Numbered from the stretch's first letter, positions 50,117-58,850 are shown. The stretch is 64,000 nucleotides of DNA from Bacteroidales bacterium (GCA_034004115.1 JAVEXG010000001.1:1153-65152), one strand, 5' to 3'. The notes: a model not told the origin generated them from the sequence alone. A program made the numbers and translations.

Positions 50117-52218
50117 TTAAGTCCTCTGTTTTCAAGCAGGGCTTCAATTCCCGGTTCTTTTCCCCTGAAAGCAATATACATTTCGAGCGGATCCCTTGAA
50201 CCTCCCTTCGAAAGGATCTCGTTCTCAAAACGAGAGGCCACTTCCCTGCTGAATATGTCGCCTGTCTCCCTGAATGCCTGGAAGGCATCGGCATCAAGCA
50301 TTTCGCTCCAGTAGTAACTGTAGTATCCTGCAGCATACCCGCTGTTCCAGATATGATTGAAATAGGTAGATCTGTATCTGGGTTTGATCTCAGGGATCAG
50401 TCCGTATTTGTCGAGCACTTTCTTTTCAAATTCACGCACATTGACCTCGGCTGGTTCGCTCATGATATGGAATTCCATATCAAGAAGCGCGGCAGCCAGG
50501 AACTCGACTGTTTCGAAGCCCATATTGAATTTCCCTGCATTTTCGAGTTTTTCGATAAGCTCTGAAGGAATGACCTCTCCTGTCTGATAATGCAAGGCAT
50601 ATACCTTCAGGACTTCGGGTTCAAGAACCCAGTGCTCCATAATCTGCGATGGAAGTTCAACGAAATCACGTGCTACGGATGTTCCTGAAACCCCGGGATA
50701 TGTTGAATTGGAAAGCAGCTGATGGAGGGCATGTCCGAATTCATGAAAAAGCGTGCTGGCTTCGTACGGAGTAAGAAGCGACGGTTTGCCGTCACCCGGA
50801 GGAGTGCTGTTTGTTACCATCGTCACCACAGGATGGATCATATTCCCGTCCCTGTCGCGGTTCTGCCCCCTGTAGGCTCCGCACCAGGCTCCTCCGCGCT
50901 TGGAGGAGCGGGGATAATTATCTATCATCAGCACTCCGATATGCTCATTGTCACGGGTCACTTCATAGGTAACCACGTCGGGATGGTATTTAGGAATATC
51001 GGTTCTTTGGGTGAAGTTGAGGTTGTAAAGCCTGTTGGCTACATGGAACATGCCGTCAATTACGTTCTCAATCCTGAAATACGGCCTTGTGAGCTCGTCG
51101 TCAAGAGCGTACTTCTCTTTTTTTATCTTCTCTGTGTAATACCACCAGTCCCATGGTTCGAGTTTGAATTTTCCGCCTTCCTTGTTTATTATCTCCTGCC
51201 GGGCTGCGGCTTCAGCCTTTGCAACAGGCAGGGCTGCATTCCAGACCTGCCCAAGGAAATCGAGAACCCTCTCAGGTGTCTTCGCCATGTTTCTCTCGAG
51301 GGCGAAACCGGCATAGGTTTCATAGCCCAGCAGTTGTGCCCTCTCCAGCCTCAGCCTGGCTATCCTGGCTGTTATCTGGTTGTTGTCGTATTCATTGCCA
51401 TTGTCACCTTTCATGAAATAGGCAGTGAAAAGCTGTTTCCTCAGTTCACGGTTCTCAGCATACTTCAGGAAGGGTTCCATAATCGGGTACTGAATTGTGA
51501 ATGCCCATTTACCTTTCTGATCCATCCTTTCGGCCGTCGAGGCAGCCTGGGCTATTACGCCTTCGGGAAGACCTGCCAGATCTTCTTTCCTGTCGATGAA
51601 CAGGGTGAAATTATTTGTCTCTGCCAGAAGATTCTGACCAAACCGGACCGAAAGGGTAGACATTTCCCCGTTTATCTTTCTAAGTTTGTCCTTGTCTCCG
51701 GGCGATAGTTCCGCGCCGCTCCTTACAAATCCCTTGTAGGTGTCATCAACTATTTTCTTTTCCTCTTCGGTCAGGTTGAATTTATCCATGTTATCATAAA
51801 CCGATTTGATCCTGAGGAAAAGGGTGTCGTTCAGGTTGATGTCATCCCTGTGCTTCGACAGGAGAGGCGCCATCTCCATGTTGATTGCCTGAAGCGAATC
51901 GTTTGTATGGGCTGAATTCAGGGCTCCGAATATCCGGCTAACCTTTGTAAGAAGTTCGCTGCTGTATTCAAGCTCCTTTATCGTGTTTTCAAAGGTCGGC
52001 TCTTCCTTGCTTGTAATGATCTTCCTTATTATTACGTTTTGCTCTTCAAAACCTTTAAGATAGGCAGGCTTGAAGTGTTCCGGCTTTATTTGTTCAAAGG
52101 GAGGAACTCCGAACGGGGTATTGAATTCATTGAGAAGGGGATTGTCGCTGGTTTCCTTCTTGCTGCAGGAGGAAATAATAACTGAAGCCATAACGATAAG
52201 CAAAGCTAGTTTCTTCAT
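50113..52218 (-). CDS. dcp: M3-family peptidyl-dipeptidase (Dcp-like), lipoprotein
   Basis: Zinc motif TLFHEFGHALH. The preferred start is the ATG at 52218 (MKKLALLIVMASVIISSC lipoprotein signal) rather than the ORF-track 52290. The stop overlaps the kinase start (ATGA). Confidence 0.9.
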   Translation of the reverse strand: MKKLALLIVMASVIISSCSKKETSDNPLLNEFNTPFGVPPFEQIKPEHFKPAYLKGFEEQNVIIRKIITSKEEPTFENTIKELEYSSELLTKVSRIFGALNSAHTNDSLQAINMEMAPLLSKHRDDINLNDTLFLRIKSVYDNMDKFNLTEEEKKIVDDTYKGFVRSGAELSPGDKDKLRKINGEMSTLSVRFGQNLLAETNNFTLFIDRKEDLAGLPEGVIAQAASTAERMDQKGKWAFTIQYPIMEPFLKYAENRELRKQLFTAYFMKGDNGNEYDNNQITARIARLRLERAQLLGYETYAGFALERNMAKTPERVLDFLGQVWNAALPVAKAEAAARQEIINKEGGKFKLEPWDWWYYTEKIKKEKYALDDELTRPYFRIENVIDGMFHVANRLYNLNFTQRTDIPKYHPDVVTYEVTRDNEHIGVLMIDNYPRSSKRGGAWCGAYRGQNRDRDGNMIHPVVTMVTNSTPPGDGKPSLLTPYEASTLFHEFGHALHQLLSNSTYPGVSGTSVARDFVELPSQIMEHWVLEPEVLKVYALHYQTGEVIPSELIEKLENAGKFNMGFETVEFLAAALLDMEFHIMSEPAEVNVREFEKKVLDKYGLIPEIKPRYRSTYFNHIWNSGYAAGYYSYYWSEMLDADAFQAFRETGDIFSREVASRFENEILSKGGSRDPLEMYIAFRGKEPGIEALLENRGLK

Positions 52219-52290
52219 ATCGGGAATAAGATTGATTATTAACAGGGCTGCTATTTTACAAAGATTAAAATTTCCGCTAATATTAGCCAA

Positions 52291-54108
52291 CTATACCGGC
52301 TTTTTCTTGCTTTTCCTTCTTTTCTGCTCCCTGATCCTGAAAAGAATATCTCCTTTATTTACATTGGCTCCCTGGGCAACAGCTATCTCAGCAACTTCTC
52401 CCTCCCATGGACAGATAATCTCATCGATGTACGAATTTGTCTGGATATAGCAAATTCTTTCGCCTGCACTTACAAGATCACCGGGTTTGGAGGGTTCAGT
52501 CTGCTCGCCGTAAAGATTGTAGTAAATCTTACCCTTCGCCGGTGCAGTGATTGGCTTAACGGAAGGATCTTCCTTCTTTGGCACAGCCGGTTGCGCAGCT
52601 AAGGCGGGTGCTGCATCCATAACCCTTGCCGCACCTGCTGAAGCAGCCTGCTCTTTTGCTTTTGCAAGCTCGCCTTCAAATCTTGTTTTGGCGGCACCGC
52701 TCTTATAGTCGCGGTACTGCCTGTCGTGCATTGCAAGTTCAAAGAGTTCCTCTTCATCCCGGCCTGTGTCCCATCCGTTTTTCTTCATTTCAGCCCTGTA
52801 GGCCGGAAGCTCGTCGGGATAGGCATCCTGCGGATTGCCTGTATAAAATTCCTTTCCCATTTTTTCGGCCAGACTGACTATCTCATTACCCAGCTCGCCC
52901 GGAAGCTTTCCGGCTTTCCCAAGTATCATGTCCCAGGTATTGTTGTCTATCATACCGTATCTCTCCTTGCCGCTAGTCATCTGAAGTATATTCATCAGGG
53001 CCACGTTCTTTACATACTGGCTGAATGGAGTTACAAGCGGCGGATACCCAAGAACAGGCCATATGGTTTCAACCTCCTTGAATAGTTTCACAACAAGCTC
53101 ATCTTCTGTCAGCTCCTGGAGACCCTGCTTTTTTAGCGAGGCGTTTATGCCCTGATGGACACCCTTCAGGTCGGCCATCAGGCTGCCCATCATTCCGCCG
53201 GGCAGTCCGCTGCTGATCAGCAGCGACGATACTTGCTTGTTTCTCGGATCGATGAAATATCCCAGGAAATCATCAATGAACGACTGAGTGAGCGACCTGA
53301 CCTTCATGTAAGCATCCATGTTGATCTCCGGAACATCGAATCCGGCATCATCCATTATTGCCCTGATAGCGATGACATCGGGATGTATCATCCCCCAGCT
53401 CAGAGGCTCCATTGCAACATCGATATAATCGGCTCCGGCCCTTGCCACCTCAAGCATTGAGGCTACCGACATGCCCGGACCTGAATGTCCGTGGTACTCA
53501 ACAATGATTCCCGGATATTTTTTCTTTATCTGCCTTACCAGTACCCCAAGGGTCGCAGGCCTCCCCACTCCGGCCATATCCTTCAGGCATATCTCGTCGG
53601 TACCGTAGTCGACAATGTGTCTGACAACCTCCATGTAATACTCGACGGTGTGAACAGGAGAGTGAGTGATCGAAAGGGCTGCCTGGGATATCATGCCTGC
53701 CTCCTTCGCGAATTTTATCGACAGTTCGAGGTTCCTGTGATCATTAAGGCCGCAGAACGACCGTGATATATCAACTCCCTGAGCTTTTTTAACCTTGTAC
53801 ATGAGCCGGCGGACGTCGGCCGGAACAGGGTACATCCTTATCCCGTTCAGTGCACGCTCGAGCATGTGGGTCTGAATGCCGGCTTCATTGAAGGGCTTTG
53901 TCCACTCCCTGACTGCTGTATTCGGATTTTCTCCGTACAGAAGCTGAACCTGCTCAAAGGCGCCTCCGTTGGTTTCGATCCGGTCAAAGCATCCCATTTC
54001 TATTATATGAGGGGCAACGGCTTTTAGTTGTTCAACACGGGGCTGATACTTGCCCGACGACTGCCACATGTCGCGGTAAAGCAGACTGAACCGGATCTTG
54101 TTCTTCAT
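52291..54108 (-). CDS. OadA/PycB/5S-type carboxyltransferase with C-terminal biotinyl-like domain lacking the biotin lysine
   Basis: 605 aa. YRDMWQS (compare RD(A/G)HQS), SPVHTVEYY, KDMAG (the Lys that is carbamylated in homologues), YHGHSGPG (HxH), and SGLPGGMMGSLMADL (PYC_OADA-type). The C-terminal hybrid-barrel pattern has IQTNSY where the EAMKM motif is expected. Confidence 0.85.
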   Translation of the reverse strand: MKNKIRFSLLYRDMWQSSGKYQPRVEQLKAVAPHIIEMGCFDRIETNGGAFEQVQLLYGENPNTAVREWTKPFNEAGIQTHMLERALNGIRMYPVPADVRRLMYKVKKAQGVDISRSFCGLNDHRNLELSIKFAKEAGMISQAALSITHSPVHTVEYYMEVVRHIVDYGTDEICLKDMAGVGRPATLGVLVRQIKKKYPGIIVEYHGHSGPGMSVASMLEVARAGADYIDVAMEPLSWGMIHPDVIAIRAIMDDAGFDVPEINMDAYMKVRSLTQSFIDDFLGYFIDPRNKQVSSLLISSGLPGGMMGSLMADLKGVHQGINASLKKQGLQELTEDELVVKLFKEVETIWPVLGYPPLVTPFSQYVKNVALMNILQMTSGKERYGMIDNNTWDMILGKAGKLPGELGNEIVSLAEKMGKEFYTGNPQDAYPDELPAYRAEMKKNGWDTGRDEEELFELAMHDRQYRDYKSGAAKTRFEGELAKAKEQAASAGAARVMDAAPALAAQPAVPKKEDPSVKPITAPAKGKIYYNLYGEQTEPSKPGDLVSAGERICYIQTNSYIDEIICPWEGEVAEIAVAQGANVNKGDILFRIREQKRRKSKKKPV

Positions 54109-54233
54109 ATTTCTTATCTGAGTTTTCAGGTGCTGTCACCTGACATGATTATGTCGTGCAACACACCGGTTATACTTGCAAAGTAAGCTCAATTATTGCT
54201 GATTGCAACTGATTAAAGTCAGATAATTAAATC

Positions 54234-54290
54234 GGTATGCGGTACGTTGCTTGCTGCTCAATGACCGCGTACCGCGTACCGCAAACCAGT
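54234..54290. repeat. GC-rich hairpin built from CCGCGTA heptamers
   Basis: 13-bp stem GGTATGCGGTACG (54234-54246) / CGTACCGCGTACC (54268-54280, one G-U pair) with a 21-nt loop. The right arm belongs to CCGCGTA-CCGCGTA-CCGCAAA (54265-54285). This is the same heptamer family as 7484-7511. Confidence 0.7.
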
Positions 54291-54327
54291 AAAAAAAAAA
54301 GGAAAGATAGTTGGGAGTTATCTTTCC
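54291..54327 (-). terminator. intrinsic terminator of the TonB-dependent receptor/DUF4249 operon
   Basis: On the minus strand the sequence reads GGAAAGATA-ACTCCCAAC-TATCTTTCC followed by T10. That is a 9-bp stem with a 9-nt loop. Confidence 0.85.
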
Positions 54328-54515
54328 TTCATTAACCTAAACCTGATCGTAGAATGTGGCCGGACGGCCAAATAAAGAACGTTTACATAGTATAGACGCC
54401 TGGGCTAACATTTTGTTGCAGGTTTCTGTGTTAATGTTATGTTAAGCAAATGTTAAATCGGGGAGCGGCAGACTTAATGCGCAGATATTTAATGATATAA
54501 GGCTGTAAATATTTT

Positions 54516-55379
54516 TTATCTGAGTTTGTAAACAATGGAATCCACCGTGTATGAGGCAAAAATACCAAGTCCTCCGGTGATATTTGAATATGCCGGTGAT
54601 ATCTCCCTGAACGGGTCGTCTCCGCCGGAATACTTGTTCAGCGACTTATGCCATGAATAATAGTCCTTGTCGGTATTCAGTATGTAAAAAATGAAAAGGG
54701 TTGAGTCACTTTCTGACAGCAATCCTCCGTTATATACCGCATTTGCGAATAATCTTTTCCCGTCACTCCCTTCATCACTGAAATAAATGTCATTTGAAGT
54801 GTAGGTCTCGTAAATATACGGATAGGTTCCGAAATAAGGATTGTAATCAAGCACCTTGACCGAGAAACTGTAAAAGTTATCCTCTTCTGGGGGATCGTTA
54901 ATATACACATTCATCTTAAGTTCCGAGAATCTGTCTCCGCCGGGCTGATCGTACCAGGTTCTGACAGTGTCAACAGTTATTCCGAGGTCCCTCTTCTGAG
55001 GTACCGTGCATTCTGCTTCAGCCCTGAATCCCTTGTCGGACGAAACCTCAAGAAGATATTTTTTCCCGTAGGCAACAGCAAGGTCTTTTTTCCTGAACAG
55101 GTAAACATCGCCCGACGGTTCAAGATTTATCTTTTTCTGTCCGTCAGACATCGTTACTGTTAAATTCCCATAGCCTTCAGCAATTGTAAGATCCCCGTAA
55201 ATCCTCTCATTCGAACTCACCTTTACGAATGATGCGGAATCATGCGGGGAAATGAATGAGGTGATCACAAGCTTCTGTTCAAACCCGGGCAGCTTAACGT
55301 TCCTGGCTTCTCTTTCGCACGAAAGGGTGGCCAGTATTACGACTGCAGCTGATATGATATAGGTTGCTGTTGCTTTCAT
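54516..55379 (-). CDS. DUF4249-like lipoprotein partner of the TonB-dependent receptor
   Basis: 287 aa. Lipoprotein signal (...VILATLSC). It lies immediately downstream of the receptor gene with no gap. The family name is from memory of the common Bacteroidota pairing. Confidence 0.7.
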   Translation of the reverse strand: MKATATYIISAAVVILATLSCEREARNVKLPGFEQKLVITSFISPHDSASFVKVSSNERIYGDLTIAEGYGNLTVTMSDGQKKINLEPSGDVYLFRKKDLAVAYGKKYLLEVSSDKGFRAEAECTVPQKRDLGITVDTVRTWYDQPGGDRFSELKMNVYINDPPEEDNFYSFSVKVLDYNPYFGTYPYIYETYTSNDIYFSDEGSDGKRLFANAVYNGGLLSESDSTLFIFYILNTDKDYYSWHKSLNKYSGGDDPFREISPAYSNITGGLGIFASYTVDSIVYKLR

Positions 55380-57788
55380 CTAAAATCTGAATGACCACGT
55401 AATTGAAGGAATTACTGGAAAAAGTGTGACCTGGTTGAGTACACCTTCCCTTTTCCCGGTTTCATCTGTCTCTGTTGTGCTGTAGTAGAAAAAAGGATTG
55501 AGCCTGCAATATGCATTATAAACTGAAATCTCCCAGGTCCTTTCTCCCCACTTCTTTTGCTTGTGGAATTGTATCCCGAGATCAAGGCGGTGGTAGGGCT
55601 TCATCCTGAAATTGTTAAGGGAACCAAACTCCTGTGCCGTAAAGGTAAATTCAGGCGGAAAATAGCCTCCGGGACTTGGAATATACTGGTCGCTGTTGAT
55701 TATTCCTGTGAAATTATGATACTCAGCAATGAAACCCGATAATGGAAGAGTCACTGCATTTCCTGTTCCGTAAACCCATGTACCCGAAATGTTTATCCTG
55801 TCGTTGATCTTATATAAACCAACTACTGAGATATCATGCCTCCTGTCGTACCTGGCATAGAATTTTTTCCCCAGGTTAAGTGAGTCGAACTGCATCTGGG
55901 TCCACGACAGTGTATATCCTATCCAGCCAGTGAAGTTCCCTTCCTTTTTCTGGAGGAGGAACTCAATTCCGTACGACCACGACCGTCCTGCTGTAACGTT
56001 ACTCTCCCATTTGATGTCTTCCATTTCCGATGGTTCACCAATCTCCAGGAAAGAGGCCCCTGCCTTGTAGCCTATTACATTATTCATTGTCTTGTAATAT
56101 CCCTCCATCGAGAATGAAATTCCGTGCTTGTCGAAATCCCTGACAATTCCCAAAGCCGCCTGTTTCGATCTCTGAGGCCTGATCCTGTCGGTCGAAGGAA
56201 CCCAGAGATCCGTCGGAAGATTTATTCCCGTGTTTGTGAGCAGGTGAACATACTGGTTCATTGAAGCATAGGAAGCCTTTACTGCCAGTCCTGGTTTCAC
56301 TCTCCAGGCAGCAGAAAGCCTCGGTTCAGGATACTGGTAGGTTACCTTGTCAGCAGTGAAATGGCTGTATCTTATTCCTGCATTGATCTTCAGGGCTTCG
56401 AGGGGCTGCCAGGTGTCTTCGGCATAGATACCCGCTTCCAGGCTGTTGACGTAGGTTACATCTCTTATACTCATCTGGTTGGGTATATCGCGCTCGACAT
56501 ATGCGTGCGGATTGAACCTGTGGAATATCCCTATCATTCCTGCCTTTATCCAGTGCCGGGGATCGGGGTGAAAATCCAGGTCGTGCTTAAAGGTTATGTC
56601 CTTGATCCCGGAATAATACTCGGCCCTGTAATCCTCGTTTTCAACCACGTTCCTGAATTTGTCATATATGCCGAAGGAGTATTTGCTGTAAACAACCGAT
56701 GTGTTGGAGAACAGCTTGTTGCTGAAAAGGTGGTTCCATCTCAGGGTGGCTGTCGAGTTTCCCCAGAGGAAGCCTATGTTTTCACGATATCCCGACGATT
56801 TGTATTTCATATAGAATTTGTCTTTCCCGAAATACCCGCTCAGGTAAAGCTTGTTCTTCCTGTTGAAATCATAGTTGACCTTTGCATTGAGATCATAGAA
56901 ATAATACCCTGTGTTGTCCTCATCAGAAATGGCGAAAACTGGCCTGAGCACCAGGTCGGCATAGGTCCGCCGGCCTGAGATGAGCAGTGATGACTTGTTC
57001 TTCTTAAGTGGTCCCTCAACCGTAATATTGGATGAAATTATTCCTATACCGCCCTCCCCGTGCCATTCTTCCCTGTTGCCCTCCTTCATATTCATTTCAA
57101 GTACTGACGAAAGCCTTCCTCCGTAACGTGCAGGAAATCCTCCCTTTGTAAGTTCAACGCTTTTCAGTGCGCTCCCGTTGAAGAGCGAGAAGAAACCGAA
57201 AAGATGGCTGGCGTTGTATACTATTGCATCATCAAGGATTATCAGGTTCTGATCGGGACCTCCGCCCCTGACGTACAATCCGCTGGAACCTTCCGAGCCT
57301 TTCTGAATGCCTGGCATCAGCTGAAGGACCTTTAGTACATCCTTCTCACCCATAAGCGAAGGGACCTCCCTTATCTGGGCTGTCTGAAGCTTCACGGAGC
57401 TCATTTTGGCCGACTCACTTTCCCTTTCGGGGCGGTCAGCATTAACCACCACTTCATTTAACAGCAGATTAGGGCTGAGCTCGATATTAAGCTCTGTGTC
57501 CTTGCGCAAGCCTGTCCTGATCGTCATGGTCGTGAAACCCACATAGGAGATTATCAGATCGACAGAATCGGCAGCAGGCAGGGTGAGAGAGTAAAATCCG
57601 TAGGTGTTGGTCACGGTACCGGTCTTCCGGTCGGGCAGGTAGATGTTCACTCCTATAAGAGATTCGCCGCTGACAGCTTCCCTGATGTATCCGCTTACTG
57701 TATGCCTGCCAGACGACCGCACCTGGCCTGCGACTTCAGAAGCCACAAAAATCATTAGCAATAACAGAAGCCGGACTCTCATTGACAT
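55380..57788 (-). CDS. TonB-dependent receptor with N-terminal carboxypeptidase-regulatory-like domain
   Basis: 802 aa. Signal peptide, then a CarboxypepD_reg-like segment (VSGYIREAVSGESLIGVNIY). Plug region (...LQLMPGIQ...GLYVRGGGPDQNLIILD). Barrel ends in ...SITWSFRF. Confidence 0.92.
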   Translation of the reverse strand: MSMRVRLLLLLMIFVASEVAGQVRSSGRHTVSGYIREAVSGESLIGVNIYLPDRKTGTVTNTYGFYSLTLPAADSVDLIISYVGFTTMTIRTGLRKDTELNIELSPNLLLNEVVVNADRPERESESAKMSSVKLQTAQIREVPSLMGEKDVLKVLQLMPGIQKGSEGSSGLYVRGGGPDQNLIILDDAIVYNASHLFGFFSLFNGSALKSVELTKGGFPARYGGRLSSVLEMNMKEGNREEWHGEGGIGIISSNITVEGPLKKNKSSLLISGRRTYADLVLRPVFAISDEDNTGYYFYDLNAKVNYDFNRKNKLYLSGYFGKDKFYMKYKSSGYRENIGFLWGNSTATLRWNHLFSNKLFSNTSVVYSKYSFGIYDKFRNVVENEDYRAEYYSGIKDITFKHDLDFHPDPRHWIKAGMIGIFHRFNPHAYVERDIPNQMSIRDVTYVNSLEAGIYAEDTWQPLEALKINAGIRYSHFTADKVTYQYPEPRLSAAWRVKPGLAVKASYASMNQYVHLLTNTGINLPTDLWVPSTDRIRPQRSKQAALGIVRDFDKHGISFSMEGYYKTMNNVIGYKAGASFLEIGEPSEMEDIKWESNVTAGRSWSYGIEFLLQKKEGNFTGWIGYTLSWTQMQFDSLNLGKKFYARYDRRHDISVVGLYKINDRINISGTWVYGTGNAVTLPLSGFIAEYHNFTGIINSDQYIPSPGGYFPPEFTFTAQEFGSLNNFRMKPYHRLDLGIQFHKQKKWGERTWEISVYNAYCRLNPFFYYSTTETDETGKREGVLNQVTLFPVIPSITWSFRF

Positions 57789-57836
57789 TGCCTTTCCGTA
57801 AGAATAACTGCAATATTAATGATAAATCCCGGTTTT

Positions 57837-57844
57837 TACCTTTG
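57837..57844 (+). promoter_or_regulatory. -7 box (TACCTTTG) of probable promoter for the glycyl-radical operon leader
   Basis: TAnnTTTG match 192 nt upstream of the activase ATG. There is no good -33 TTTG. Confidence 0.4.
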
Positions 57845-57982
57845 CAATAAAGCTTAAACTTATTAACTTGCGGCGTTTTAAGGTATATGATTTCAAGGCT
57901 TAAATACAGCTTCATGATGCAGCGTCTCGGACGAAGGCTATACCATTGCCTGATGTTCTACAGCCTGTAATCAACATAATTT

Positions 57983-58021
57983 CCATCCGGCTTCTTCCGG
58001 ATGGTTTTCCCTCTTTTTTTT
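57983..58021 (+). terminator. sense-strand intrinsic terminator/attenuator inside the leader of the glycyl-radical operon
   Basis: 8-bp GC-rich stem CCATCCGG / CCGGATGG with a CTTCTT loop, followed by TTTTCCCTCTTTTTTTT. It ends 15 nt before the ATG at 58036. There is no upstream plus-strand gene for it to terminate. Confidence 0.7.
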
Positions 58022-58035
58022 AGTTTGTTGTTGTA

Positions 58036-58836
58036 ATGAAAGGATTGATTTTCAGCGTTAAACGGTATTCGGTTCATGATGGTCCGGGAATAAGGGTGAC
58101 CTTCTTCATGAAGGGCTGTCCTCTTTCATGCTGGTGGTGCCATAACCCGGAGGGGATATCACCGGAACAACAAACTGTTGTGCAGACGAGGAAGGTAGGG
58201 GATAAGGAATTTCACCGGGATGAACAGGTGGGTAAACTTTATTCAACCGGGGATATTCTTGAGATACTTGAACGGGAACGCATCTTCATAGAGCAATCGG
58301 GTGGGGGAGTTACGTTCTCAGGCGGTGAACCGATGATGCAGTATGAATTCCTTCTGGAGGCGCTGAAGGCCTGCAGGGAAAAAGGCTTCAATACTGCTGT
58401 TGATACATCGGGTTATTCCTCCGCTGAGAGTTTCATCTCAATAATGCCATTCACCGATGTTTTCCTGTTCGACCTGAAACATCCCGACGATGCACGTCAT
58501 GTTGAATATACCGGAGTTTCCAATATCCGTATTCTTGAGAATCTTAAGATGATTATCGACAGTGGAAAGAATGTCATGATAAGGATTCCCGTTATCCCGG
58601 GGAAAAATGATGATGAAGCAACTCTTAATTCGATACGGAGTTTACTGATGAATCTTAAAAGAGACAATCTTGTTAAGGTAAGCCTTCTTCCATTTCACAG
58701 GATCGGAATTGCGAAATACAATAAATTCGGCCTGCCATACAGGATGAATGACACAGTGCCTCCGTCATCACAAAGGATGAACGATTTGAAGGAGTTTTTT
58801 GAGGTAACTGGTATTAAAGTGAAAGTTGGAGGGTAA
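58036..58836 (+). CDS. glycyl-radical enzyme activating enzyme (radical SAM), short PflA-like form
   Basis: 266 aa. Glycine-rich VHDGPGIR, CPLSCWWC (CxxxCxxC) and the GGEP SAM motif. It has four Cys in total, so no auxiliary-cluster cysteines. Confidence 0.93.
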   Translation: MKGLIFSVKRYSVHDGPGIRVTFFMKGCPLSCWWCHNPEGISPEQQTVVQTRKVGDKEFHRDEQVGKLYSTGDILEILERERIFIEQSGGGVTFSGGEPMMQYEFLLEALKACREKGFNTAVDTSGYSSAESFISIMPFTDVFLFDLKHPDDARHVEYTGVSNIRILENLKMIIDSGKNVMIRIPVIPGKNDDEATLNSIRSLLMNLKRDNLVKVSLLPFHRIGIAKYNKFGLPYRMNDTVPPSSQRMNDLKEFFEVTGIKVKVGG

Positions 58837-58850
58837 TTAGCCATAGGGTA

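Noticed and set aside
50722-51708. 328-aa plus-strand ORF inside the dcp gene
   Set aside because: It is antisense to an M3 peptidase with an intact HEFGH motif. Its translation is compositionally odd (Pro/Gly/Cys/His-rich) and has no family resemblance.
52219-52290. 24-codon N-terminal extension of dcp in the ORF track
   Set aside because: The ATG at 52218 yields a textbook lipoprotein signal peptide (MKKLALLIVMASVIISSC). The extension adds a non-signal-like prefix.
56361-56978. 205-aa plus-strand ORF inside the TonB-dependent receptor gene (and 17345..17878 opposite the BamA-like gene)
   Set aside because: Both are antisense to long, motif-bearing outer-membrane protein genes, so they are spurious.
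57845-57982. Known riboswitch classes in the glycyl-radical operon leader (ZTP/pfl motif, glycine, T-box)
   Set aside because: I could not find the conserved cores by eye. These would be the CCGCCTGGGC-type pseudoknot of ZTP, the tandem glycine aptamer signatures, and the T-box sequence or specifier features. It remains an unclassified leader. Only a covariance-model scan can settle this.
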